Source of the DNA: Rhynchobatus australiae | Lineage: Eukaryota | NCBI GenBank assembly: GCA_034780895.1 | Contig: JAUZTB010000063.1 | Span: 9,886,278 to 9,950,269, forward strand | Direction of reading: 5' to 3' | DNA: 63,992 nt | In this document: in pieces, positions 39,385-52,625 of the stretch | Layout: each line of letters opens with the position of its first letter | Position numbering within the stretch: the first letter of the stretch is position 1 | Made by a program: the position numbers and the translations under genes | The notes under the pieces: generated by a model | Seen by the model: the letters and a program-made list of their open reading frames with translations, nothing else | Told to the model about the DNA's origin: nothing | The model's database searches: none

Positions 39385-41819
39385 NNNNNNNNNNNNNNNN
39401 NNNNNNNNNNNNNNNNNNNNNNNTCCTTGAAGAAGAGCAACCCCTACAAACTGCTGGCCAATGACTGCCAAAGTGAGACAGAGTATTCATGTTGCTCTCT
39501 TTCATTACATTCTTTGTATCAAAAGATTTTGCTGCCAGGTGAAATGCCTGATGATCATTTATATTTTGTGTGCGGCACATTCTATTACTGAATTCAGATT
39601 TATCAAGCCATTTCTGATTTTGCTTTCTCTAATTTTGTTAGTTTTGTAGCTGCAGATAATGCTATCTGTTTATCACAGTTGAAGAGATCAGAAACCTTCA
39701 AGAGGCTTGACATATTGCAGGACACAGTTCACTTGATTGTTGCCGCAGTCTCTGTTCTTACCACTTATCACCGTATATGCTGCAGCCATATTATTTCCAA
39801 TCCTGCAAGATTTATTGCGATAAACTACAAGGTTACTTGGATAGTACCTCCTTGCCTGTGGCGCTTATTAACAAGAGCAACTATGCAACGCTGCCTCACA
39901 CTTCTGCCCCTCTACATTACACATTATCCTGAATTGGCTAACTATCCTGGTGAGATGCCTGGAAGTCCCTAATTAACATTATTGTGACACTGAAGGCAGC
40001 AGTTCAAGGAAATGGCCTACCACCATGTGGCAAGTAGTGAATGGGAAACAAATGCAGTCTTGCCTACATTGTCCACATCCCAAGAATGCAATTTCCCAAT
40101 GCAAATTTGATTCTTACTATGTGCGTGGTTAGATAGCTGATAGCTAAGCTTAACTTAGCTGATACATTTGGCTTCAGCAGCTATGTGTAAGGAAGACAAA
40201 AATATGAAAAATTGTCAGTGATTCTTGCTAGAAAGGGTACTTGTATATTGTAGTCTTTCTGGGCTTACTTTTTTCTCCATCTAATTATTGTATTCCTTTT
40301 TCATTCTACTGACTGAAACTTTAAATCCATTATAACACATCAGCAATCTGTAGAGCAGATTAGTTTTGCCCCTTTTTGATCTTAGCGGTTCCATTCAGTG
40401 CAGTATGAAGCATCCTTTTGGCTTCAGTTTTGTTAATTGTGCGGCAGAACACAGTGGAAATTACATTATGAGTAGCTATGTCTGGATTTCTACATCCATG
40501 AAGTGTGAAGCCATTTCTAGCACTTGTTCATTCAGTCAGACAACCTCACTAATATCATTTTAGTTGAATGCAGTGCTCCTTTCTTGTATCTACCTTTGGA
40601 AATCCATGTATTTCCTGAAGAACGATCTTCATTTATGCAAACACCTCTCCTTCCTCTTTCTTTAAAGGAATTTGGCACTATAATTGAAAAGGAAATCAGT
40701 GATAAACTGATGGTTGTGAATGTATATATTATCTTCAAAAATTTATATTTTACCTGATTAACAGAAATTGTAAATTTTTATGCCTGAATGAAACTCAACT
40801 TCATTATGTTTTGTGTGAAGGACATAACAAATGAAGAAATAGCACTGAAGATCCCTGTAATAATAATACAATGTAAATGGTATTAGAGCTCAAAATGAAG
40901 TTTGAGTCATTTATGCAGCTCTGTGATTTTAATTGTATTTCTGTCAGATTTTGCCATGTCGATCATTAATCCAGAATACCCCTCTTATCAACATTACGCA
41001 ATGACCTTGATGAAGTATGCTGTCATATTCACGGCCAACAAATTACACGCATAACATTGTGCCCATCTAGCTTATTGCGATCTATAACTATTTTCAAACT
41101 ATGCCCTCAATACTCTCTAAAGCATTCAAAAATTGCATAAAAATATAATAAATTGATGGGACATTGTACTAGAAATGTAATATTACCGTAAAATCTAGTG
41201 TACATGTCAATTTTCAATAAAATGTTGTTTTAAGGGATTATAATGGTCATGACTTGTCTAATGGGCATATCAGTACGTTTTCCTAAATTGTAGGTTGCCA
41301 CATCAAGTGGGGTGGCATTCAGTCTGCCATGTTATCTTTAATGCTAGACCCCTCACCTACCCAGTATTGGACTGACAATTCCCTTCTATCTGTTGGACTG
41401 GACTCTCCAATCCCAAATGCTGGACTGGTCTCTCCAGCCCTGCTGTCAGGCCACTTTTCTAGGCTGTCTGACCACCCTCTGCGGCCTTAATGTTGAAGGT
41501 CGATGGTACATAGCTGCTCTACCACTATTCTCTGACTGCAGATAAGGATGCAAGTTTCAAATTTTGCTTTTCAAGCTGATGGTCTTCTCAAGGCTCAAGA
41601 GAAATGGGAAAGAGCTGAATGAAAGAAGACCTACCTACCTACTACTGGTGGGTAGCTTCATTCAGTAATACTTAATAATGGCGATGGATACTGATATATG
41701 GGAGAGTCTGCTAAAAGAGTAAATGATACAAACACTTGAAGTTGTGGAGTTTGCTGAAAAACATGAGTGATGCTAAGAGAAAATTTGGCTTTAATGATAT
41801 AAACAAAACGTGGACATCA

Positions 41820-42260
41820 AGGTTTACCAGGATGTGACCTGGACTTGGGGCCTGAGTTACAAAGAAAGGTTGCATAGACAAGGACTTTATTCCCTGGAAC
41901 ATAGGAGACTGATAGAGGTGTATAAAATCATGAGGGGTATAGACAGGGGTGAAAGCACATAGTCTTTTTCCAAGAGGGCAGGTGGTATAAACAAGAGGTC
42001 ATAGGTTTAAGATCAGAAGTGAGAGCTTTAAAAGGGACATCAGGAGCAACTTCTTCACCCAAAGGGTATATTTGGAATGTGCTGCCAGAAATAGTGGTTG
42101 AGGCAGGCACATTAGCAACATTTAAAAGCCATCTAGGTAAATAATGGGCAGGAAAGGCTTAGAGGGCTCTGGGCCAAACGTGGGCCGATAGGACTAACTC
42201 AGTAACTTGGTCAGCATGGACCAAACAGCAAGGACTTGTTTCCATGCTGTATGATTGACT
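41820..42260 (+). mobile_element. CR1 3' fragment
   Basis: FTRM.PGL..LSYKERL, LIEVYKIMRGIDR, RGHRFKIR and a CR1 tail. Confidence 0.8.
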
Positions 42261-42807
42261 AGAAAAGATGCTGAAAGGAAAGCAGACTGATTATATGCAG
42301 AAAATATTAAAAGTATCCTGTTGTGTCCAAGGCAAATGTAAGAGTGGAAAGCAGTGCAGGGAGAATACTCTGCCCGACTAGTGAAGGACCAATATTCCAT
42401 ATACTTTCTTAACCACATTACCTACCTGCAACCTCTTTAGCTACCTACATTATTGCTCTTGAACTAATATGGGTGGCACCAACATGCAATCCTTCAAAAA
42501 TAGCTGAAGGATTGCAACACTGATGTGGCAATTATTCCTGGATTTATGAAAGGAATTTTTTTTTCACAGCCTCTCCAAGTGGCAATTAACTAGCCCTTTC
42601 AAGTTTGGCTGAAGAAGCAGTTGGTGGATTGGCTGCCTGAAAGTGAGCAGACCTTAATGCTGAAAGGACACTTAAAACAACTAGAACTACCTGTTGTCTG
42701 TCTCTAGGATAAAGGTCTCTTGGGAAGATCTTGACCAACCTTTAATTATTAAATTCTTCTAAATAGGTGTGCATTTTCAATATACTGGAAGGTGACAGGA
42801 TTAATGT

Positions 42808-43122
42808 GCACAAAATGCTGGAGGAACTCAGAAGGTCAGGCAGCATCTGTGGAGGGAAATATACAATTGATGTTTTGGGTCGAGACCCTTCAACTACTCA
42901 TTTCCCTCTATTGATGCTGCCTGACCNNNNNNNNNNNNNNNNNNNNNNNNNNNNNNNNNNNNNNNNNNNNNNNNNNNNNNNNNNNNNNNNNNNNNNNNNN
43001 NNNNNNNNNNNNNNNNNNNNNNNNNNCTGTTCATTTCCCTCTATTGATGCTGCCTGACCTGCTGAGTTCCTCCAGCATTTTGTGTGCATTGCTGCAGATT
43101 TCAGCATCTGCAGAATCTCTTG
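42808..43122. repeat. Palindromic pair of PLE pseudo-LTR arms
   Basis: cacaaaatgctggaggaactcagaaggtcaggcagcatc is the near-exact reverse complement of gatgctgcctgacctgctgagttcctccagcattttgtg. There is a gap in between. Confidence 0.8.
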
Positions 43123-46100
43123 TAATCCTGTCACTGGTGACATGTGTTCTTTTTAAATCCAGGCCTTGGACAGATTCAAAAACTGGTAAAGAAGCACAAA
43201 ATGCTGGTATCTGTGACTATAAATCTATTGCCACAGGAGTTGCAATGACTGAAGAAGGTGGCGATAGTTCACCATCACATTGAAAAGTGCTTAGAAAAAT
43301 ACTGTTACCTGCTGCGTCTGTTGTTTGCATTTTCATGTTTGTTTTTTACACAATTAATATAAATACTCTTGCACTTTTTTTCCATTACTTATCCAATGCC
43401 TCTAGTGGAGAATGTACTTTAAACCAGAGGGTTTTTTTTCCAAAATTAAAGTCCCCAAACGAGGATATGAGTGGTTTATCAGACTTCAGGATATCTAATG
43501 CCTCCAATGAGTTTCATTTCTCGACCACTAGTAATTGAATCAGTACACAAGCAAACATCATCAGTGTCACAACAGTAACAAAGTTTAAAAGTGTGCATTT
43601 AAAATTTTTAGAAGTAACATTCAGTGTGATTAATCCTTCCAAAAAAAATGTTGATTGAATCCTTCAAGATATATCCTCAGTGTATTATTGTATTTATCTA
43701 ACGGGCCATCATAAAGTTGTGTAGAACAGAAACAGGCCATTCAGCCCAACTGAACTAGATGTCTATCTGAGCCAGTCCCATTTGCTGTCACAACAGGGGA
43801 CTTGCCAATGGAGATGCTATGTGCCAACAAGGAGAGAACTGCTTGCTTGGCCATCTGTTTTTGTAAAGCAATGTAGTTGCTTGTATCTTGGTAGTTTTCA
43901 ACAGAAAATGACCAGTAACAGAGGCCATTGACTGGCATCCTGGAAGAAGATGACAATTTTTCTCTGCCTTTTTTTTTCATTTTTATTATAAATGTTATGC
44001 AATATCTATACAGCAATTTCAACCAGATTAAAATGTTGGCTCATATTTCAAAATAGTTGCTGTTCCATTATTCCTGATTCCTTGCTGCCTCAATTCTCCT
44101 GTTTGCGATACACGAAAGCTTAACAACATTGAGTTGTGTTATTGTAAATAAAATTGTAAAGCCTCAAAGCAGGGAGAAATATTGTCATGTGCAGTTGATG
44201 CAAGTTAAATTTACAACATTATCCTGTCTGTGTTGGCCCTTATCCATGTTAATGCAAGGATATTTTTCAGCCAATCAATGAAAAGTATGTATACAACTGC
44301 ACAGCCTGAGGTAAAATCCCAAACTCAACTGTGGTCCTGCCACCAGATACTGCTTACCATTGGAGATAAGGGGCAAACCTCCTCAACCCAAGTGTGATGC
44401 TTCTTACATTAGTGGCTAATACCTTACTGGACTTATTTCAATGTCCATCTATTCTCAGAAGCACTACTGTAAGAAAGAAAATGTGAAATAAGTAATATAG
44501 TACCATATTGAAGCTGTGACTATGAGCAAATTATCATCAATCAACAGTTGTCATGTGATGGACAGAAACATGATAATTTGTGATGCTGCTGTTTCTGGCA
44601 GCCAAATGTAAGAACAGTTTGTTTCTTAAAAGCCCTAACAATTCATTTTTCTTTTGCGACAGCTGCAGGAATATGTTATCTACTTGACACATTTTAAAAA
44701 CTCGTCCAAGATACATTACAATTATCCTGGCTATATCTTGTCCAGATGGAATTTTAAAACACCTTTATCTCAAGCTTTGTCATAATAAAAGATCACTCCA
44801 AAAACCCATTTTGATTGTATGTTATATTAGCTGAAGATTGCCTATAGCTATGTAATCTCAGACAATATTTCAGCTGAGCCAAATCAGCCTTTCCTCGATC
44901 TCCACACACATCTCTTCAGATGCGACTGATTGACAGTAATCAGCAGTGGATGTCTTGGATAATTTTCCTTTACTTTTGGAATGTGGAGGTCAGTTGTAGC
45001 ACTTAAGAGATCAACCAGGGTAACAATGACCAAACGTCAAAACTGTACTCTTCCTGGTCCTTACTGTAGTACCACGTGCTCACTATTATCCTATGCAAAA
45101 TATCTAACCATTGGGCCATATGCCAGTTCAATAATATTTGTTTTCAGTTGTCTAACTGCAAAAATGTTTGTGACTATCTGCCATTAACCCTACAAAAGTG
45201 CTGCATATGCGACCTGTTTATGAATATTGTCAAGCACAATAATTGAGAATAATTTCCTGTTTGCAACATCGGTCATGTTTTTTGTTGCAAAGGAATGCCA
45301 CCTGAGCTTTGTCAAAGATCCTTGCCGTGAAATATTTCCATTTATATTTTGCACACGTGCCTTATTTGCAAACAAATGCAGATTCTAGATAGCTTTTGTT
45401 TCCGCTGGTCACTTGCTATCAGTAATCTAAACCATTTTGAACTTGATATTTTACTGTTACGCAGCAATTTCTTTTCTGGTTTTAAAATATTCTGGAAAAT
45501 AAACTTAAATTTGAATAGTTATTGAGCTCATTATGTGATTGCAATATAGTGTTATGTTTGTTTTACTGAAACATCATGCTCTTTAAGGAGACTATTGATA
45601 TAACAGACTTTTCTCCCCTCTCCAAATTTCATGCCTACGCTGAAGACATGAACACAAGCTGAAATCAGGTCCCTCAAGTGTTCAAAGATTTCTAGTTTTA
45701 AGAACTACAGATTATACATGAAGACTTACTATCTAGGTTCATATATGAATAAAGGACATTTTAGTAAAGGATGGGGGAATTAATGGAGATAGTCCAGTAA
45801 ATGCTGGAGTTAGGTGGGGGGTAAGTGGGTGTAAATTAAACTAATTTTACATTGCAACTTGAGTTTCCTACCTGAATCAACTTAAATTTATGTCACATTT
45901 CTTTACTTCAAGAGTTTAAAATTTAAGATGACCATACATGGGTTGAAGGGGTGGGCTGAAAAATATCTAAACATTGACAGTAGAAACAAAAGTCCTGAAG
46001 TACTTCATGAATGTTATTGAATAAAATTGAACATTGATGAGGACAGGTCAAAGATAAAGTGTGCAAGTGTGGTTGTTTATATGGAAATTTCAGAGTTTGA

Positions 46101-46734
46101 GAGTGAGATTACTGTACAGTTGGAGTAAAAGAAATTAGCAATAGTCAAGATGTTAGAATTGATAGAGTACAGAAATCTGACAGAGTCACAACCAATTATT
46201 AAACTGGAACCATGTATATTTTTATTAGAAATTGGATTGCTGTTAAGGGGTGTCAATTGTCACGGAAAGTAAGCAAAATCAAGCCAAATACGACCCTCTA
46301 CTAACCCCTCTCTTTGATTTTCTATGTCTGTCTGTTTCTCACTCTTATTAAAAATATTATTTGATTTATTTTCTCTTTCCTGATTTCACAGTTTCTAATT
46401 TACACTTTCTTGTCAGTCTTTGCATTGTTCATTTTACAATTATTTAATTTGATAGGTTAAGCCATGTGGTTGATTTTTCTTTTCACTCAGGCCTCAAATT
46501 TCCAATTTTCCTTGTTAGATCATCGGTTTACCTTAGAACAATAAATAAAAGCAAAAATGGGAAACTTTAGTGTTGGACACTATTAGAAATTCCACTTAAA
46601 GTTAACACACACTATTATGAAAAACATTGGATGTTGATTTCCTTATGAGAGAATAGATTACAGGGAAATAAGTAAGAGAATGAATTGCTCTGAGACCCAG
46701 CTCCGACTGCCTCATATGAAGCAGATATGACAGC

Positions 46735-46887
46735 AACAGTTAAGAGGCATTGAGATAGGTACATGAACAGGCAGGGGATGGAGAGATTTAGACCATGTGC
46801 AGGCAGATGGCAGTAGTTTGAATTGGCATCATGATTGGCACAGGCATTGTGGGCTGAACTGCCTGTTCCTATGTCCTGTACTGTACT
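46735..46887 (+). mobile_element. CR1 3' end
   Basis: ttaagaggcattgagataggtacatgaacagg...gggctgaactgcctgttcct. Confidence 0.7.
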
Positions 46888-47532
46888 ACAAATTCCTGGG
46901 TGTCAAGATCTCGGAGGATCTACCATGGGCCCACACAGATGTAACCATGAAGAAGGCATGCCAGTGTCTCTACTTGGAAGTTTAAGGAAATTTGGCATGT
47001 CATCGAAGACTCTGGCAAACATCTACGGATGTATAGTGGAAAGCATTCTGACCAGTTGCATCGCAGCCTGGTGTGGGAACTCCAGTCCATAGGACTGCAA
47101 GGGACTACAGGGAGTGGTGGACTCAGCCAGTCCCATCATGGATACATCTACAAGAGATCATCTACAAGAGGCAATGTCTCAGGAAGGTGACATCCATTAT
47201 TAAGGACCCCCACCATCCAGTCCATGCCCTCTCTCATTGCTGCCATCAGGCAGGAGACACATGAGCCCGAAGACCCACACCTCAAGGTTCAACAACAGCT
47301 TCTTCCCCACTGCCATCAGGTTCTTGAACCGACCTGAAAAAGCCTAATACTACCTCTGACTGTATTTCCCTCAATTTGCACTAATGTCATTGTTTTGTTT
47401 ATTTTGTGTAAGTTATGTTAATTTAACTTTATGTAATTAATGTCGGGAATGTACTGTGCTGTTGCTGCAAAAAGCTAATTTTCATGGCATTTATAGCCTT
47501 GGTATGTGTGCCCATGACAATGGACTTGAACT
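46888..47532 (+). mobile_element. Rex1/Babar-type LINE 3' fragment
   Basis: YKFLGVKISEDL, LRKFGMSSKTLANIYGCIVESILTSCIAAWCGNS and IIKDPHHP. Frameshifted. Confidence 0.85.
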
Positions 47533-48479
47533 ATGTTCCATATGGTACAATACAGATGATTTTGTCAGGAACTAGAGCTTTATGTTCATTTATAAGGAGT
47601 GTTCCTTTTTCATAAGTACTTCCTATTGTATTTAGGGATGTGGGTTTTTCTACCCTCTTTTTTTAAATGCATGCAGAGGCTCTTGCTATTTGCACAACTA
47701 ATGATACCAGCAACCAGTTGTGTGGATCAGCTACCCCTAGAAGTGATGGTGTTCACAGATTTGTATCATACTAACAGCCAATCTAATTCCAAGGGTCTAC
47801 TCTACGAATTGGCTATATAATTTCTTAACCAAGGAAAGAATGGATTTGGTACAAGGATCAAAACCATTTGAGTGAGTGAGTGACTGGGAGACTTTTAACA
47901 GCTGTTGAATTTGTAGGTTTCTCACCAGAAGACTTGTAGTGTTTAAGATGGTGAATATATGGTTGAGGAAATGGCATGACAGTTGTCAAGGTTGTTGAGG
48001 AATTAAGCTAAAAAGAATATTGAATCCTTGTCACTGGAGCACTAAACTTGAAATTGGATGACAGGAAGACTAACATTTTTGAATCAACTGAAGTTTGAGG
48101 AGGCAGTATTGTTGATCCTGGCAGTATTAAAGATGCAAATAAGAATTTTAGTGGTTACATGTGACTTTGTTCCACAAGTAGGTGGCTTTTATAACTGTTA
48201 GGACCAAATTTGCACATTCAGCTTTCATTTGAAGAATGCCAGAGGAGCGCACTACTGAGTTCAGCCTGCAGGGACAGTGAACTGCCTCCAATGCAGCTCT
48301 CGTTGTCGAGGTGGTGCTTCCAGCGAAAACTTTACGATATTATCCAGCACAGCCTAGCCTGTATTTATTCTGATAATTTAAAAAAATCTTTTCGATTACC
48401 TAACAATGACATTTTCAGAGCGATAGTTATTTATCATTGAAATGTTTCTGTGGGACAAGAGAGATGTTGGGATCCAAGC

Positions 48480-48763
48480 TGCACCCTCTGAGTCGAACTA
48501 CTTTTGAATTCGGTTTATAACAGGAGAGATTACCCAACCTCTCAACTGCCACATCGGTAGGTGGAGTGGAGAAGGTGTGGCGCCCTGCAGAGTGAACATG
48601 ATTGATGGTTTTAGTGGGAGCAGCTGCACTCTAGTGTAGCTCCTCCCACCTGTCTGGAGTTGTGTGCGAGCGAGTCGGCAGTGGCAGAGTAGGGAGCCCG
48701 GCAAGGAGGTTGCAGTGCGTTTTGTGCACTTCGAACATCAGTCCCTTTTCGAGGGCGTTAAGT
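48480..48763 (+). promoter_or_regulatory. Putative internal promoter and 5' UTR of NET1A
   Basis: Locally GC/CpG-richer, non-repetitive stretch (tgcgagcgagtcggcag, gagcccggc) directly upstream of the NET1A ATG. TATA-like tttataa near 48514. The transcription start cannot be determined from sequence. Confidence 0.55.
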
Positions 48764-48862
48764 ATGGTTGCTTACGATGAGATACAAAACTTGTTGCCCA
48801 CTAAAAGGACTATCACTGTGGTAGATGTTCAGTCACAGGTCTTCCACACTAAAGAATTGGAG
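48764..48862 (+). CDS. NET1: NET1A (short isoform) alternative first coding exon: MVAYDEIQNLLPTKRTITVVDVQSQVFHTKELE
   Basis: ATG in strong Kozak context (agtATGG) and donor GAG|gtaaga. 99 nt, phase 0. Resembles the recalled human NET1A N-terminus MVAHDETGGLLPIKRTIRVLDV. Confidence 0.92.
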
Positions 48863-51800
48863 GTAAGAATTATTGGAATTTTATGAAATGCTGTTTGATT
48901 TGTTCATCTTAATGTAGAGTGGAATTAATTATATACTAAACTGATCAGAAAGGTTAACAAACGGACGCAACTTTTTTTATTTTGGGCACGTGAAGTAAGA
49001 CTATAACCGGTTTCCAGCTTGCACGCACTGTAATCAGATACTTTACGAATGATTGCCGAAAGAGGCTTAGTGTTTGGGCAGTTGCGCAGAAAGATCAGAT
49101 ATACTTTACCAGTTCTAGAAAAGGCTGTGGTTGACACCATATCTAAATAAAGGTGCAACTGGCGTGGTTTGTTGGTTCTAAATTGCCATACAATTGGAAC
49201 ATTGTTATCTTGCCAGGTGTTGTAGAACTTCATTGCATTTACAAAATGCTTGTGCTCGTTGCCAGTGGAATGTCAATGACTCAATACCTGATATAATTTT
49301 ATGAGTTTACGATAACTAGTGCCCATCTGGTTTCTACTAAATAAAGAAAAGAAAAAAATGCTTGAAAGCTTCTGCCCCACACACAATGTGGTCCTCAAAC
49401 CAATATCCAACATTTTTGAAGTCAGTTCAAAGTTTTTTTTCCCAAAAGAACCAGCACATTAGTTGTACCTCTTTATTCCTTCATCCCTGGCCAAAGTTAT
49501 TTCCATTCCGTTGGAGAATGCAGTATTCAAGACCTGTACTTTAGTAATCTGGTGTATGCATGGACGTGGGAGTTAATTGTAGTTTAAGCTATTTTATGTA
49601 ATTGACTTTAAATTGACAATTATAATGAGGCATACCTTGATCATTACTAGTGATTTAAACTATTATGCCTTTTTACAGTCGATATTTAAATATACAAAAA
49701 GTCATTTTGCTTACTTAGATATTTGATAGTGGGGAGGGGGTGGAATTTAATCGCGTTTAACCTCTTATCATTGTCTTTTTGATCATTTGAGTCTGTGAGC
49801 TTGCTGTGTTTTGTTGAGAATCTGTTAGAAATGACCTGATGGATCTTTAAGACTGATCGTGTTAGTTCAGATGTCTTTTATAGTATTTATGTTGAAGCCA
49901 TTATTTCCTTTTCAGTGCTAACAGGCAGTGACTTTTTTCTGAAGCAGTGTTTTGTGCCCTTTCTGTTTTTCTGTTCCATTTTCCAGTTTGGTGATACTCT
50001 GATTACAATAATGCAAAAACTGAAGCTTTTTTTTTGTTCTCAGACCTTTTCTAAAAATGGTGCCAGTTCTGTTTTTATTTTGTGCCATACCAGGACCTTG
50101 CTGTAAAACATTTTTTTAAAATCCATCCAGGATTTGATGAAAGTAGTCATTGTTCTTTAATGCATTACTGGATTCTCATACAGCCAAAATGTTTGGTTTC
50201 AACAGACTATGAGGAAAATGATAGAACATTGAAGCATTCCTTTTTTGTATTTTTTTTCCTTTCTTCCATTCCCACTTTGTTATGCACTGTTACTTTGCTG
50301 AGGTTTGTAGAAACATAAATTCTATCATGTCCAAGCCTGTTGAAGAAGAACTGCCCTACCAGCTTTTTATCTGTAGCTCTGAGTACACATCCAGGCACCT
50401 CTTAAAATGTTCTTTCCTCTGCCAGCCTGATAGGGGTCTGAAACAGTGCCCATTACCCTATGGGTGGAAAAAAAATCCCCTCTCCTCTAATCTGGCCTGT
50501 CTCACCTTTTTCTAAGAGAAACAGATACCTTCTAATCATACTTTCCAGGTCTATTGTATCTTCTAAGTCCCACCTTGGCCACTTGTTTCTTATAATAAAC
50601 TGATACCAATAATATCTACAAAGCCTGTTATGCGTTCAGGTGGTAAGTAGTTTTCCTGGAGTACTAGCAAAAACTTTACAAGTCAATAAAATAGCTTAAC
50701 TTTTTATTCTGGGAAAATTTGCTCTGCAGCTCTCTGGCTAATTAGCCAGACTTTCAAGGTATGAGGAGAGACAGAAAATCAGAACCTAACTGCAATCCAT
50801 GTAGTTTTGTTTGCTTGCATGTTCTGACTATTGTTGTGTTAGCATGCTGCAGTTTGAATGAGTTCATGTTTGTGAAGCAAATCTAATATGAAGTGACATC
50901 CTGGAACTATTTATGAGATTATAATAAATTTGATAGGGTGACACGGAGCACTTACGGGAAAACATAAGGAAAAGATAAATTTGTCAAAAAGGAATGTAAA
51001 ATCTAGAGGACATTAGAATAAGAAAATGGTTGTGAATGAAATCTGATATCTTAAGATAACGTAATCTTAAATTAGTGGGGCTGTTCATTACTAAAGCTAG
51101 TGCAAGTCTGGGTGGAAAAAAACTTTCTGATCTTCAAATTTAATCAACATTAAAATGGGTTTCTCTGGCCATGACACACCACAAGACCCTGAGTTAACCA
51201 GCTTCAGCCAGTGTAGCACTGGGAGCAGTACAGATGCCCTTTCTTTTCAACAAAATCAGCTCATCTGTTGTGAGTTACGAGGAATTTATTTTCATATACC
51301 AAGATATAGTTGGTGTGTAATCTTTCTAAAAAGCTCTAGTTGCTGCCAATGCAGGAAGATGTGAAACAAACGAAAAGCCCAGTTTTCGTGATTGGGCTTT
51401 ATGATGATGGTTAGACAAAATATTAATCTATAAGTAGTGAAGAAACTATCCATAGTGTTGGGGATATGTTTAAATTTGAAATAATGATCCTGTTTTAATA
51501 TTTTTGGTAGCAATTCATCGTGGGAGAAGGTTGGAAATTATTGTTTGTATAATAAGACTGAGAATAGTTCCTAATTAGGTGTTAAAGATGTAATCAATGG
51601 AGTCATTTAAAGAAATAGGGAGTAACCTGCAAATTACCTTTCTAGTTTAAATTGCATCAGATGAAAATTACACCTTAATAGTTTGAGAAAATGTACTTCA
51701 AACTGCTACTCCTTTTCATGGACCATAGAACACCCTCATTTATTGGACCTCCTTTAACACAAAGCACTGCTATTTGCTTGTAATTGTTAAGGATTAATGA

Positions 51801-52359
51801 ATAACAAACAGGTTAAGGGATTGGAGGCAATTTATGGCAGTAGGGAAGGCCAGTGATTGACTTTCAGAATCCCTCCCCCCACCCCCCCATTGTTTGGACT
51901 ATGAAACTTGGGTGTAAAGTTTGGAGGCAATAGCAGTTGGAAGTACAAAATATTGCAAAAGGGGTGCAATGGCGGAGGAAGTTGAATACCATGTATAAGA
52001 TGCTCAGCGAGGAAAGAAGTGGGGCAATAAACTGACATCAAAATACCCTGCTTTAAGTAGATGAAGAATAACATGCCTCTTAACCTTGTAGTGGCATATT
52101 AAGTGGGTCTTGCAACAGTCATTGTTATGAACTGGTAATCCAGAAAAGTAAACAAGTCTGAGAGTTCAACAACTCATCATGGCAGTTTGAGAATTTGATC
52201 CATTTTTTTTAAGCGTGTTAGTAAAGTTTGAATGAAGTTTGTTTAGTTTTTCAGCACCCAGTTTCTTCTGCAACTTTTAGGGGAAGAAACTTGTCTTTGT
52301 TCAGTCTGTCCATTATGCTCTGCAGGTTATGCACAGATATGGTGTGGGCAATAGAATAA

Positions 52360-52625
52360 GATGATAGTACATCTAGTAGAGCTGCTGTTCCAAGGCTCCA
52401 GCATCCTGGGTTCAATCCTAACCTCTGTCTGTGTCCAGGTTGTATGTTCTTATGACTGAGTTTCCTCACCTTATCCAAAAGTGTGCAGGTTAGTAATTGG
52501 CCACTGTAAATTGCCCCTAATGTATATGGCTGGTGGAACCAATGGGGACGTGGGGAAAATAGTGCAGGAATAGTATTGCTCTATAAGCTGGCATAGGCTT
52601 AATGGGCCAAATAGTTGAATGTTGT
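52360..52625 (+). mobile_element. Older degenerate V-SINE
   Basis: B-box-like gggttcaatcct, decayed V domain, ggccactgtaaattgcccct and a CR1-like tail. Confidence 0.65.
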
